A DNA stretch of 32,000 bases from Akkermansia muciniphila ATCC BAA-835 (GCF_000020225.1 NC_010655.1:1170001-1202000), one strand, 5' to 3'. Counted from the first letter of the stretch, positions 7,646 to 18,138 are shown. Numbers and translations are program-made. The notes: generated from the sequence alone by a model not told the origin.

Positions 7646-8413
7646 TTAGAAACAGAGACCTTCCTTGGCGTTGGCTCGCATGAAGTCGCGGTTGAGGCGG
7701 GCGATGTTGTCCACGCTGATGCCTTTCGGGCAAGCAGCTTCACATTCATACTGGTTCGTGCAGTTGCCGAAGCCTTCCGCTTCCATTTGCTTCATCATGG
7801 CCAGGACGCGCTTGGAACGTTCCGGCTGGCCCTGCGGCAGCAGATTGAGATGGGCGATCTTGGCGGAGGTGAACAGCATGGCGGAGGCGTTTTTACAGGA
7901 GGCCACGCAGGCGCCGCAGCCGATGCAGGCGGCCGCGTCAAAGGCGGCGTCCGCCTTCACTTTTTCCACGGCGATGTTGTTGGCGTTCGGCGCGGAACCG
8001 GTACGCACGTCAATATAGCCTCCGGCGGCGATGATGCGGTCCAGGGCGGAGCGGTCCACCATCAGGTCCCGCAGGATTGGGAAAGCCTTCGCGCGGAAGG
8101 GTTCAATCCAGACGGTATCGCCGTCCTTGAACTTGCGCATGTGAAGCTGGCAAGTGGTCACCTGGCGTTCCGGCCCGTGGGGAATGCCGTTGATGGTCAG
8201 GGAGCACATGCCGCAGATGCCTTCCCGGCAGTCGTGGTCAAAATGGATGGGTTCCTTGCCTTCCTTGACCAGGCCTTCATTGACGATGTCCAGCATTTCC
8301 AGGAAGGAGGCGTCCACCGGAATGTCCTTGGCGGCATAGGTCTCAATGCGGCCCTTGGCTTCCCGGTTTTCCTGGCGCCAGACCTTGAGAGTGAGATTGA
8401 GTGTTTTAGCCAT
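7646..8413 (-). CDS. sdhB: Succinate dehydrogenase/fumarate reductase iron-sulfur subunit
   Basis: Three Cys clusters: CREGICGMC (2Fe-2S), [11 protein letters not shown] (4Fe-4S) and [14 protein letters not shown] (3Fe-4S). The track ORF starts at 8476 but would overlap sdhA. ATG at 8413 ([14 protein letters not shown]) leaves a 40-nt gap after the sdhA stop. Confidence 0.93.
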   Translation of the reverse strand: MAKTLNLTLKVWRQENREAKGRIETYAAKDIPVDASFLEMLDIVNEGLVKEGKEPIHFDHDCREGICGMCSLTINGIPHGPERQVTTCQLHMRKFKDGDTVWIEPFRAKAFPILRDLMVDRSALDRIIAAGGYIDVRTGSAPNANNIAVEKVKADAAFDAAACIGCGACVASCKNASAMLFTSAKIAHLNLLPQGQPERSKRVLAMMKQMEAEGFGNCTNQYECEAACPKGISVDNIARLNRDFMRANAKEGLCF

Positions 8414-8453
8414 GTTATAATCTTTCTTTTGAGTGTTAATGTATTGGCTATCT

Positions 8454-10412
<1,959 letters not shown>

Positions 10413-10433
10413 GACTTTGAGAGGAGTTGATGG

Positions 10434-11135
10434 TTATTTGATGATACCCAGAAGAACCGAGACCGGCACGGAGATGAAGCCCAGGCAGATAATCGCGCCG
10501 TAGGCGATGGCGATAAAGTTGTAGAAGGGCCGGATTTTGCGGGAATCGACGCCCACAGTCTGGAAGATGGACTGTACCCCGTGGCGCAGATGGCTGAACA
10601 GCATCAGAACGGCCAGGATGTAGAAGGCGGAGCACCATACGTTGGAGAATCCGGTCACGATCATCTTGTACACGTCAAAGGTTTCCACCGTACCGTCGGA
10701 AATGAAGGTGGTGAACTGGGCGGGGTCGTATCCCACGCGCAGGGTGTACTGGTACAGGTGGTAGATCAGGAACACCAGGACGGTCAAACCGGTATAGATC
10801 ATGTAGCGGGAGGAGAGCGTTGCCTTAATGGTGTTCTTGAACACGTAGGGTTCGCGGGCCGCATGGTTTTCCAGCTTCAGCTGGATGGTCAGCCAGACGT
10901 GGATGATGAAGATCACCGCAAGCCCCGCGCGGATTCCCCAGAGGGCTGCTTCCGGCATGGAGTGCAGGCCGTGGGCGTAGGTGTTGATCCATTCAGGGCC
11001 TCCGAAGATGAGAAGGTTGCCTGCCAGGTGTCCCGCAAGGAACAAGACCAAACATAACCCCGTCAGAGCCACAATGATTTTGCGGCCGATGGAGGATGTC
11101 ACGAATGTACATATGGTTTTTACTAGTGCATTCAT
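10434..11135 (-). CDS. sdhC: Succinate dehydrogenase/fumarate reductase cytochrome b subunit (single large membrane anchor)
   Basis: 233-aa polytopic membrane protein with about five hydrophobic helices and several His residues, 21 nt upstream of sdhA. The C-A-B gene order with one anchor subunit is as in Bacteroides/Wolinella-type enzymes. Confidence 0.85.
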   Translation of the reverse strand: MNALVKTICTFVTSSIGRKIIVALTGLCLVLFLAGHLAGNLLIFGGPEWINTYAHGLHSMPEAALWGIRAGLAVIFIIHVWLTIQLKLENHAAREPYVFKNTIKATLSSRYMIYTGLTVLVFLIYHLYQYTLRVGYDPAQFTTFISDGTVETFDVYKMIVTGFSNVWCSAFYILAVLMLFSHLRHGVQSIFQTVGVDSRKIRPFYNFIAIAYGAIICLGFISVPVSVLLGIIK

Positions 11136-11335
11136 AGGCGCTCTAATGAAATAAATGCGTCTTCACAGGATGCCCGGTTCAAGCCCGGATGGCAAGCCTC
11201 TTCTTGAATTTCCGGCGCTTTTCGGATTTTTGAAAAACCGGGGAAAGAGGTTGCTGTTTATCAGTTTGGAATGGTTATCATTTTGTTGCCTGTTCCGGCT
11301 TGACGAGGCTTTCCGCATAGGCGTATCGTCTGTGC

Positions 11336-11608
11336 ATGAAAAGAAGTAAAAAGGAGGTGCTGGACGCGGATTTCGCAGCGGCGCGCGCCGGCGTTCTGGA
11401 TGTGGCCGCATTTCTGGACCGGGTGGACCGCGGGGAAGGGGAGGCGGATTTCCGCTACCATGCCCTGATGGATGTTCTTCCCCTCTTGTCCGCATCCGGC
11501 CCCGGACGCGTCCGGGCCATTCTGGAAGCCCTTTCCTACAGGGATGACACCGTGCCGGAAACCGCCGCAGCCAAAGCGGCCTGCGGAGCCCCGAACCTCA
11601 GCAAATAA
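11336..11608 (+). CDS. Hypothetical 90-aa protein, translationally coupled to the TatD-like gene
   Basis: ATG ORF ending 2 nt before the next ATG (TAA 11606-11608, ATG 11611). Acidic/Ala-rich; no family recognised. Confidence 0.5.
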   Translation: MKRSKKEVLDADFAAARAGVLDVAAFLDRVDRGEGEADFRYHALMDVLPLLSASGPGRVRAILEALSYRDDTVPETAAAKAACGAPNLSK

Positions 11609-11610
11609 GA

Positions 11611-12426
11611 ATGATGGCTTTCATAGAACCTCATATACATATGGTGTGCCGCACCACGGACGAATACCGGGCCATGGCGCAGGCCGGCTGCCTGGCGGTA
11701 GGGGAACCGGCGTTCTGGGCCGGTTACGACCGTTCGTCCGCGGACGGTTTCCGGGATTATTTCGTACAGCTTACGGAATGCGAACCCGCCAGGGCGGCCA
11801 AGTTCGGCATGGACCATTACACATGGCTGTGCATCAATCCCAAGGAGGCGCAGGACGTGGCTTTCGCGCGGGATGTGATGAAACTGATTCCGGAGTTCAT
11901 TGACCGGCCCAATGTCCTCGGCATCGGGGAAATAGGGCTGAACCGGAATACTTCCCATGAAATGACTATTTTTGAAGAGCATCTGGATCTGGCGGTGCGC
12001 CTCAACCAGCTTGTGCTGATTCACACTCCCCATCTGGAAGACAAGCTTAAGGGGACCGTAATGATTCTTTCCGCCCTGAAAAACCGTCCGGATCTGGACC
12101 CTTGCCGCGTGCTGGTGGATCACTGTGAGGAACATACCTTCCCGCTGGTGAAGGAGGCCGGTTACTGGGCCGGGCTGACCCTTTATCCCACCAGTAAGCT
12201 GAATCCCAAGCGGGCGGGGGATATTCTGGAATTGTACGGAATGGACCGTGTCTGGGCCAATTCCGCGGCGGACTGGGGGGATTCCGATCCCCTGGCGCTG
12301 ACGGCCCTGGCCTGCGAGCTGCGCAGGCGCGGTTTTTCCCGGCAGGAAACGGAACGTCTTCTCCTGGAAAATCCGGAGACATTCATGGGACAGTCCCCGA
12401 AGTTCCGGAAAGTGTCGTCCCGCTAA
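11611..12426 (+). CDS. TatD-family metal-dependent hydrolase
   Basis: 271 aa. N-terminal HxH (FIEPHIHMV), followed by IGEIGLNR, VLIHTPH and LVDHCEEH metal-ligand-like motifs typical of the TatD/amidohydrolase fold. Confidence 0.8.
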   Translation: MMAFIEPHIHMVCRTTDEYRAMAQAGCLAVGEPAFWAGYDRSSADGFRDYFVQLTECEPARAAKFGMDHYTWLCINPKEAQDVAFARDVMKLIPEFIDRPNVLGIGEIGLNRNTSHEMTIFEEHLDLAVRLNQLVLIHTPHLEDKLKGTVMILSALKNRPDLDPCRVLVDHCEEHTFPLVKEAGYWAGLTLYPTSKLNPKRAGDILELYGMDRVWANSAADWGDSDPLALTALACELRRRGFSRQETERLLLENPETFMGQSPKFRKVSSR

Positions 12427-12459
12427 TTCCGCCCGAGGCGCGGCGGAGGGTACGGCCCT

Positions 12460-12693
12460 CTAGTCCCCGTCCGGGAAAAAGACGGTGAGGACGGCGCCCA
12501 GGATGACCGCCGCGTCATCCAGAAGGCCCAGCCTGCCGATTCCGTCAAACAGGAATTCGTCGGGAGTCAGGATGTAGGCGCCGGCGGCGGCCAGAAGGCA
12601 TATATTCCGTTTGTTGAAAAAACGCGGTTCTCCTTTTCTGCTTTTGAAATACCGGAACAGGCGCAGTAGCAGCTGCTGTTTTTGAAGGTTCAT
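12460..12693 (-). CDS. DUF1232 (YkvA-like) small membrane protein
   Basis: The C-terminal 77 aa of track ORF 12460-13077, from ATG 12693: MNLQKQQLLLRLFRYFKSRKGEPRFFNKRNICLLAAAGAYILTPDEFLFDGIGRLGLLDDAAVILGAVLTVFF. The xxPxDxxPDxxxxxGxxDD pattern matches DUF1232. The upstream 128 codons are P/R/S-rich and not protein-like. Confidence 0.6.
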   Translation of the reverse strand: MNLQKQQLLLRLFRYFKSRKGEPRFFNKRNICLLAAAGAYILTPDEFLFDGIGRLGLLDDAAVILGAVLTVFFPDGD

Positions 12694-13062
12694 GGACGGG
12701 AACGGGGGATAAAGGTTCAAGCTCGGCCATTTTCCCACTCCTTTTCCCTGTTTCGGGGAAGGAGTCTGTTGCCGACGGACGGAAACCGCAGCGATCCGGA
12801 CCGTGCGGGGAAATGGATTGCTGAAAGGATGGGCTGTTCCGGATGCTGAGGGAAGCCGGGCTTTGCATGCTCCGGTTCCGGCTGTCCCGGCATGGGAAAA
12901 AGGGGCGTGTACGGAAGTGGGGCGGGGCCGGAAGCTCTTGAAATGACCCTCCCGGGGGAGCCTGAATGCCATTTCCCCGTCAAGTGCTGGCCGTGAGGGT
13001 ACCGCAGCAAATGGAAGCTTCTTCCCCCCTGTTTTTTCCGGCAGATGTTTGAACGGATAAGG

Positions 13063-13094
13063 AAAAGGCCGGCTCACGATTTTGTGAGCCGGCC
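13063..13094 (-). terminator. Rho-independent terminator after the PEP-CTERM gene 13125-13832
   Basis: Perfect 11-bp stem GGCCGGCTCAC / GTGAGCCGGCC (13067-13077 / 13084-13094) with a 6-nt loop, followed on the minus strand by TTTT. It lies 30 nt after the stop. Confidence 0.75.
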
Positions 13095-13124
13095 TTTGAA
13101 TATAGGGAGGCGGACGGTACAGGC

Positions 13125-13832
13125 TTATGCCCTGCGGCGGCGCATCATCAGCGCGGCCAGTCCCAGCAGGCCCAGGGAAGCCGTGGCGGGTTCCGGGATG
13201 CTGGCGATTTCACTCATCAGTTGACCAACTTGTTCCTGGGAAAGGAGGGAGTCGTGGATGTAGAGCTGTTCGATGGATTCAGCCAGTCCTGCGTCCATGA
13301 GAATCTGATCAATTTGCTGGTTGCCGAATTTCAGGCCGCTGTTGGAATAGTACGTAGCGCTGTCTCCAAAATAGATGCGGGTGCCAAGATCTCCGGTGAC
13401 TACGGAAATGGTCAGGGAACCTTCCGTGCCCAGCGGGGTGTCAACGACGGGCCCGTTGTATGAGGTGTTGTTCCATAATCCCTGGAGTTTCCGGTCCGTG
13501 TTCAGGCCCACGCCCCAGCTTACACTGCTGTTTTTGGCGTTAAACAGAGCGGTATAGGCGTCCGGAGTGTTGATTTTGGTCAGGTCAAGAACCATCGTCA
13601 CAGACATAACGTCGCGGTTGTTGGCACCGTATCCGTTGAAGGTTATCCCGGATAACGTCAGATTGCTGTCGTCAGACGTGATGGAAACGGAATCTTTCAG
13701 GGTGCCGAAATCCGCCGTTTGGGAGGCAAAGTCCGAATATCCCACGATGGAGCTATCCAGCAGAGAGGTAGCCGCGGTAGCGCTTAGGCTCATGCCGGCC
13801 GAAAGAATCAGGGTGGATAATAATTTATTCAT
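13125..13832 (-). CDS. PEP-CTERM-anchored secreted protein, LamG/ConA-like body suspected
   Basis: Signal peptide MNKLLSTLILSAGMSLSATA (ATG 13832; the track start at 13859 adds 9 aa). The C-terminus is IPEPATASLGLLGLAALMMRRRRA, i.e. PEP motif, TM helix and Arg cluster. The pre-anchor segment IEQLYIHDSLLSQEQVGQL resembles the end of LamG-type lectin folds (from memory, not searched). Confidence 0.8.
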   Translation of the reverse strand: MNKLLSTLILSAGMSLSATAATSLLDSSIVGYSDFASQTADFGTLKDSVSITSDDSNLTLSGITFNGYGANNRDVMSVTMVLDLTKINTPDAYTALFNAKNSSVSWGVGLNTDRKLQGLWNNTSYNGPVVDTPLGTEGSLTISVVTGDLGTRIYFGDSATYYSNSGLKFGNQQIDQILMDAGLAESIEQLYIHDSLLSQEQVGQLMSEIASIPEPATASLGLLGLAALMMRRRRA

Positions 13833-13889
13833 GGTCAGTATCTTAATAAAATGATGCAAGATTCAATGTATGTACTTGTGCTTGAATAA

Positions 13890-13904
13890 CGAATTTGGAA
13901 TCCG
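13890..13904 (-). promoter_or_regulatory. Shared upstream motif CGGATTCCAAAT(T/C)CG, copy for the minus-strand PEP-CTERM gene
   Basis: The plus strand cgaatttggaatccg is the reverse complement of CGGATTCCAAATTCG. It lies 58 nt upstream of ATG 13832, in the same orientation relative to its gene as the 14060-14074 copy. Confidence 0.4.
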
Positions 13905-14059
13905 CAAGCAATTAAAAATATTAAGAGTTAGTATATTGTATTTATAATTCATTGAAAATAATGATTTTTTAATATCTCTGGTCCTTTTGCTAAGATGACG
14001 GGTCAGTCTTTGTTATTCATTGGTTTCATGATTGATTTGGCCTCTTTTTCATTACTTGA

Positions 14060-14094
14060 CGGATTCCAAATCCGATTGGGGAATTCCAAATTCG
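14060..14094 (+). promoter_or_regulatory. Shared upstream motif, two tandem copies for the plus-strand PEP-CTERM gene
   Basis: CGGATTCCAAATCCG (14060-14074) and GAATTCCAAATTCG (14081-14094). They lie 53 and 33 nt upstream of ATG 14127 and are preceded by a TTGAC. Confidence 0.4.
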
Positions 14095-14126
14095 CTACAA
14101 GTTGCCATCCAAAAGGAATAATAAAT

Positions 14127-14867
14127 ATGAAGAAAACACTGACATTTTTAATCGCGATGGGAAGCTTTGCTGTTTCCTCGGAGGCAGCGACCGTTTTTAA
14201 TTATTACACTCCCGGTACGGATAATTACAATAGTACCATCCATGGGTTTTATCTTGGCCTGGGGTCTTCTTCCCTGGCTCCTTCCGATTCCTCTTCTCCC
14301 TCCTCCCTGTCCGGAGAGATCAGACTGGACAGTTTTACGCTGCGCGGAGCCGCCAACGGTTTGGGCGCTAATGTCACTTACGGCTTCCTGGTGCTGAATG
14401 GCTCCGACAATTCGGTCATCGGCTGGAGCACCAATACGGGAACTACTGCAGCAGGGATTAATCTGACGTTCAGTTTTTCTTCCCTGGATGGTTCTCCCCT
14501 GCTTCTTGACGCGGCATTGACATACCGTTTCCTGGCCGTGAGCCAGTCCGTGATGGACTTGATGCAGGATACGTCTAAAACGTATTTATATGCTGCGGGG
14601 GGAACAGCCGCCCCTACTGCTAACACGGAAGGAGATACCGTAACGATCAGCGGCGGATTGACTGCTCCCGGCATCCGCGGCCATTATGACGCCGAGGGAG
14701 CGCCTGGTGATTCTGTCGTTATTACGGGAGCCAACGGAACCAATACTTTCAGCTTATTATCCCCGATTTTCACGGAAATCCGAGGGGAAATGGTGCCGGA
14801 ACCAGCCACGGTTTCCCTGGGCCTGCTGGGACTGGCCGCGCTGATGATGCGCCGCCGCAGGGCTTGA
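14127..14867 (+). CDS. PEP-CTERM-anchored secreted protein
   Basis: Signal peptide MKKTLTFLIAMGSFAVSSEA from ATG 14127 (the track ORF starts at 13995). Ser/Thr/Gly-rich body. The C-terminus is VPEPATVSLGLLGLAALMMRRRRA. Confidence 0.8.
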   Translation: MKKTLTFLIAMGSFAVSSEAATVFNYYTPGTDNYNSTIHGFYLGLGSSSLAPSDSSSPSSLSGEIRLDSFTLRGAANGLGANVTYGFLVLNGSDNSVIGWSTNTGTTAAGINLTFSFSSLDGSPLLLDAALTYRFLAVSQSVMDLMQDTSKTYLYAAGGTAAPTANTEGDTVTISGGLTAPGIRGHYDAEGAPGDSVVITGANGTNTFSLLSPIFTEIRGEMVPEPATVSLGLLGLAALMMRRRRA

Positions 14868-14896
14868 GCTTCCTGATGGCGAAAAATCGGCGGATG

Positions 14897-14930
14897 AGAG
14901 CTGTTCTTGCGGAACAGCTCTTGTTTTTTA
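14897..14930 (+). terminator. Rho-independent terminator
   Basis: AGAGCTGTTC ttgcg GAACAGCTCT (10-bp perfect stem) followed by TGTTTTTTA, 30 nt after the stop at 14867. Confidence 0.85.
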
Positions 14931-15084
14931 TATCCAGAGAGGAAGAATTGCTTATCCGTATGCGGGATTCATGCCCTCCGGAAGGTACGGAATTTCCGGG
15001 GGCAGGGGGCCGTATCCGGTTTTTTCCGCATGGCGGCAATTTGCTGGAAACGTTTTTGAGACGCAGTACCGGAAAGCTTTTTCT

Positions 15085-15504
15085 TTACCGGAAAATGCCG
15101 TCAAATTCGGCAGCGCGCTTTTCGTCCATATGGTACACAGTAGCTTTCACATAGCGGCCTTTCAGGCCGGATAGGGACCCCCTTTGCAGCTCACAGACCT
15201 GGAGGGCCGCCGCATACATATTATTCGCCGTCCTATTCCCCGGCGCTGGTATTTCGGAAGAACGGCAATGGGCCCCATGCCCAGCACTTCATATTCTTTT
15301 CCATCGTCTGCCCTGATGACGGACGTTGCATCAACGATGTTTCCCGACGATGCGGCTGCCGTGGACGGCGACTGTATCCAGCTCCGGGATGAAGGAAGGA
15401 CTGACGCGCATGATATGGAGCAGGTAATGTTCATTGCAGCCGGGGACGAAATAGTTCCAGAGCGCTTCTCTCGTGACATGTTCCGTTCTTAATGCAATGA
15501 TCAT
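15085..15504 (-). pseudogene. GNAT-family N-acetyltransferase (YhbS/COG3153-like), reading frame broken twice
   Basis: Hand translation from ATG 15504 gives MIIALRTEHVTREALWNYFVPGCNEHYLLHIMRVSPSFIPELDTVAVHGSRIVG, then a stop at 15331-15333. It continues in the track frame 15162-15479 as NIVDATSVIRADDGKEYEVLGMGPIAVLPKYQRRGIGRR (acetyl-CoA motif Q/RxxGxG). It then plausibly returns to the first frame near 15228 and runs to TAA at 15085-15087. Confidence 0.5.
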
Positions 15505-15517
15505 GAAGGGTTGTTCT

Positions 15518-16723
15518 TTACGGCTCCCCCTTGGAGAAATTCCAGAGGCGGTGCATCGTCATAACGTCCGGAATGTTCATGGGGCGCACCACGCGGAACC
15601 CGATCATGCCTCCGTCCGTCAGGTACCAGATGCTTTTAGGGTTTTGAGGATCCTGACGGTTCCAGGCAGGGGTGCTGGCGCGGCGCGCAGCGCTTCTCAG
15701 GCTGTCCGGGTCGTCTTCCCACGAACCGCCGCGAACGATGTGAGGGGCGCCGGGGATGATGACCAGGGGGTCTTTCGCGGGCAAGCCGCTCCGTTTGCCG
15801 TAGGCATCCGGAACGTAAGAGTCCAAAACCCATTCCGCCACATTTCCGTGCATGTCCCGGAGTCCCCACTTATTTGGTTTTTTAGAGCCTGTTTTCTGGT
15901 AGCGGTCATTGGAGTTGTTCCAGTACCAGGCGTACTGGTCCAGAGAGGCTTCCCCGTTTCCGTAAGAATAGGCGCCGGGGGAGCCGGCCCGGCAGGCGTA
16001 TTCCCATTCCGCCTCCGTGGGCAGGCGGTAGTAATGCCCGGTCTGGGCGCTCAGCCATTCGCAGAATTTGCTGGCGGCGTGGTGGGACATGGAGATGGCG
16101 GGCAGACCGTGTTCATAGCCGTGACCCATGCCCAGGTTCATGGCGGTGTAGGGGGCGGTAGGCTGCGTAACGGAGTCCCACAGTTCGTCATCCGGCTGTT
16201 CCTCCAGAAGCTGACCGTCCTTGGCGCGCGGACGCCCGTTTTCCATGAAGGCCGTATAAAGTTCCCAGGGGATTTCCGTTTCCGAGATCCAGAAGGGAGA
16301 GATGCTCACTTTATGCTGCGGTCCTTCGTCCGGTTTCCGGTGCGGCTCTTCCGCGGTACTCCCCATGAGGAACGTTCCTCCCGGTATGGCGACCATGCGC
16401 AGGGAAGCTCCCGCCGCGGGAACCGTTTCCGTGTAGGATTCAAAACGTGCCGGATTTCCGGAAGCTTCAATGAGCTGATGGATTTGGCGCGTCGTGCCGA
16501 CCAGCTCCCGGGACGGCAGGTCATCCGGAATGGGAAGGGCAGGACCGGCAGCGCGGTCCAGTTCCCGTTTTTGCAGCGCGGATCGGCTTTCTCCCCACTG
16601 GCGTGCGCTGGTAATGCGCGCGGCATCTTCCGTGGCCGGGCGGGGGGAATTATTTTCTTCCCGGCACCCGGCCAGCAGGACGCTTCCTCCCAGAAAGCAG
16701 GAAACAAGGAAAATGCCGCGCAT
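15518..16723 (-). CDS. Formylglycine-generating-enzyme (SUMF1/FGE-sulfatase) family lipoprotein
   Basis: 401 aa. Lipoprotein signal MRGIFLVSCFLGGSVLLAGC. FGE-domain motifs are GGTFLMGS, RLPTEAEWEYACRAG, WGLRDMHGNVAEWVLD and IVRGGSWEDD. Confidence 0.88.
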   Translation of the reverse strand: MRGIFLVSCFLGGSVLLAGCREENNSPRPATEDAARITSARQWGESRSALQKRELDRAAGPALPIPDDLPSRELVGTTRQIHQLIEASGNPARFESYTETVPAAGASLRMVAIPGGTFLMGSTAEEPHRKPDEGPQHKVSISPFWISETEIPWELYTAFMENGRPRAKDGQLLEEQPDDELWDSVTQPTAPYTAMNLGMGHGYEHGLPAISMSHHAASKFCEWLSAQTGHYYRLPTEAEWEYACRAGSPGAYSYGNGEASLDQYAWYWNNSNDRYQKTGSKKPNKWGLRDMHGNVAEWVLDSYVPDAYGKRSGLPAKDPLVIIPGAPHIVRGGSWEDDPDSLRSAARRASTPAWNRQDPQNPKSIWYLTDGGMIGFRVVRPMNIPDVMTMHRLWNFSKGEP

Positions 16724-16746
16724 GGAATGGTGAAAACCGGAATGCC

Positions 16747-17493
16747 CTACATCGTCATGCCTCCGTCGCAGGCAATGACCTGCCCGGTGATGTAACGGGC
16801 ATCGTCAGAGGCAAGGAAGGCCGTCAGGGCGGCGATATCTTCCACGGAACCTTGTTCTTTCAAAGGTATTTTCTTAACGATTTCTTCCTTGAGATTGTCG
16901 GGAATGGCATTGGACATTTCCGTGGAGATGAAGCCGGGAGCAATGGCGTTGCACGTGACTTTGCGCGGAGCGAATTCCTGAGCCAGTGATTTGGTGAAAC
17001 CGATGAGGCCCGCCTTGGAAGCGGCGTAATTGGCCTGGCCGATGTTGCCGACGAGACCGATGACGGAGCTCATGTTGATGATGCGCCCGGCCGGGGATTT
17101 CATGAGAACGCGCTGGAGGGCCTTGACCGTATTGAACGCGCTTTTCAGGTTGGTGTCCAGAACGGCATCCCAGTCTTCCTCTTTCATGCGGAGCATCAGG
17201 GAGTCCCGCGTGATGCCGGCGTTGTTCACCAGGATGTCAATCTGCGGGAAGTCTTTCAAAATGGCGGCCATGGTTTCCTGAACGGCCGCGTAATCCGCTA
17301 CGTCGCAGGGGTAGGCCTTGCAGGAATCCGGAAATTCCTTGTTGATTTCTTCTGCGGCCCCCCCGCAGCTGGATGGACTGCGGCTGATCAGGATGACCCT
17401 GGCTCCTTCCGAAGCGAAGCGGCGCGCGACGGCATTGCCGATTCCGCGGCCCGCGCCGGTAACGATGGCTGTTTTACCTGCTAACTTTTGCAT
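16747..17493 (-). CDS. fabG: 3-oxoacyl-[ACP] reductase (classical SDR)
   Basis: MQKLAGKTAIVTGAGRGIGNA, NNAG, S...YAASK catalytic motif, and C-terminal GQVIACDGGMTM. The track start at 17520 is a GTG; ATG 17493 is preferred. Confidence 0.85.
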   Translation of the reverse strand: MQKLAGKTAIVTGAGRGIGNAVARRFASEGARVILISRSPSSCGGAAEEINKEFPDSCKAYPCDVADYAAVQETMAAILKDFPQIDILVNNAGITRDSLMLRMKEEDWDAVLDTNLKSAFNTVKALQRVLMKSPAGRIINMSSVIGLVGNIGQANYAASKAGLIGFTKSLAQEFAPRKVTCNAIAPGFISTEMSNAIPDNLKEEIVKKIPLKEQGSVEDIAALTAFLASDDARYITGQVIACDGGMTM

Positions 17494-17619
17494 GCTGCCC
17501 ACAGTAAACCCGTTTTTCACGGTTCCGGCAAGCTTGAAATGGACTTGGCCGCGCAGGAACCCATACGGGGAAAGGGCGTGCCGGGAATGAAAAAAGGGGG
17601 GGAGAAACGGGGCGGGGGG

Positions 17620-18138
17620 CTACTGTCCGGCCTCTTCATTTTCCCGGAGTGCACCGGGGGGCGCACCGTCTTCATCCGGTTCTGCCAGGTCGCTGAATTC
17701 ATCCGAATTTTCCAAAATGTCCTTTAAGGCGGCGGAACCGTAATAGCGGGCCTCAAACAGGCGTTTGCCTTCCTGCCTGCAGCGGTTGTCCAGCATTTCC
17801 ATTCGTTTTTCCATTTTTTCCATCAGGGCGTCTTCTTTCTCCTTTTCCGCATCGTTCAATTTATCCTGAAGCTGGAGGAAATGCCGGATGTCCTTCTGAA
17901 TGTCCTGCAGCGTTTTGACGGCGTTGTCCGCGCTTTCCTTGTCCTGAACGCCTGCCAACGTCTGCTGGATATTGATGGCAAAGGAAAAGGCCTGGTTGAT
18001 CAGGGATTCCGCGGAAGGAATTTTTTCCGCCGGAGCCGCTGCTGCGGGGGAAGCCGTTCCGGCGGCCGTTTCACCAAATGCAAGAGAGGCTCCGGACAGA
18101 AGCGCAGAATATAAGAGAGGAACAAGAAAAGCCTTCAT
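17620..18138 (-). CDS. Secreted hypothetical protein, helical/charged
   Basis: Signal peptide MKAFLVPLLYSALLSGASLAFG. The remainder is rich in E/K/L/Q heptad-like sequence. No family recognised. Confidence 0.6.
   Translation of the reverse strand: MKAFLVPLLYSALLSGASLAFGETAAGTASPAAAAPAEKIPSAESLINQAFSFAINIQQTLAGVQDKESADNAVKTLQDIQKDIRHFLQLQDKLNDAEKEKEDALMEKMEKRMEMLDNRCRQEGKRLFEARYYGSAALKDILENSDEFSDLAEPDEDGAPPGALRENEEAGQ

Noticed and set aside
12460-13077. Full 205-aa version of the DUF1232 ORF
   Set aside because: Only the last 77 aa look like a protein (DUF1232 pattern). The first 128 aa are P/R/S-rich, in a region where every minus frame is open.
15473-16795. 440-aa plus-strand ORF opposite the FGE-family gene
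   Set aside because: Antisense artefact. The minus strand has the FGE motifs and a lipoprotein signal.
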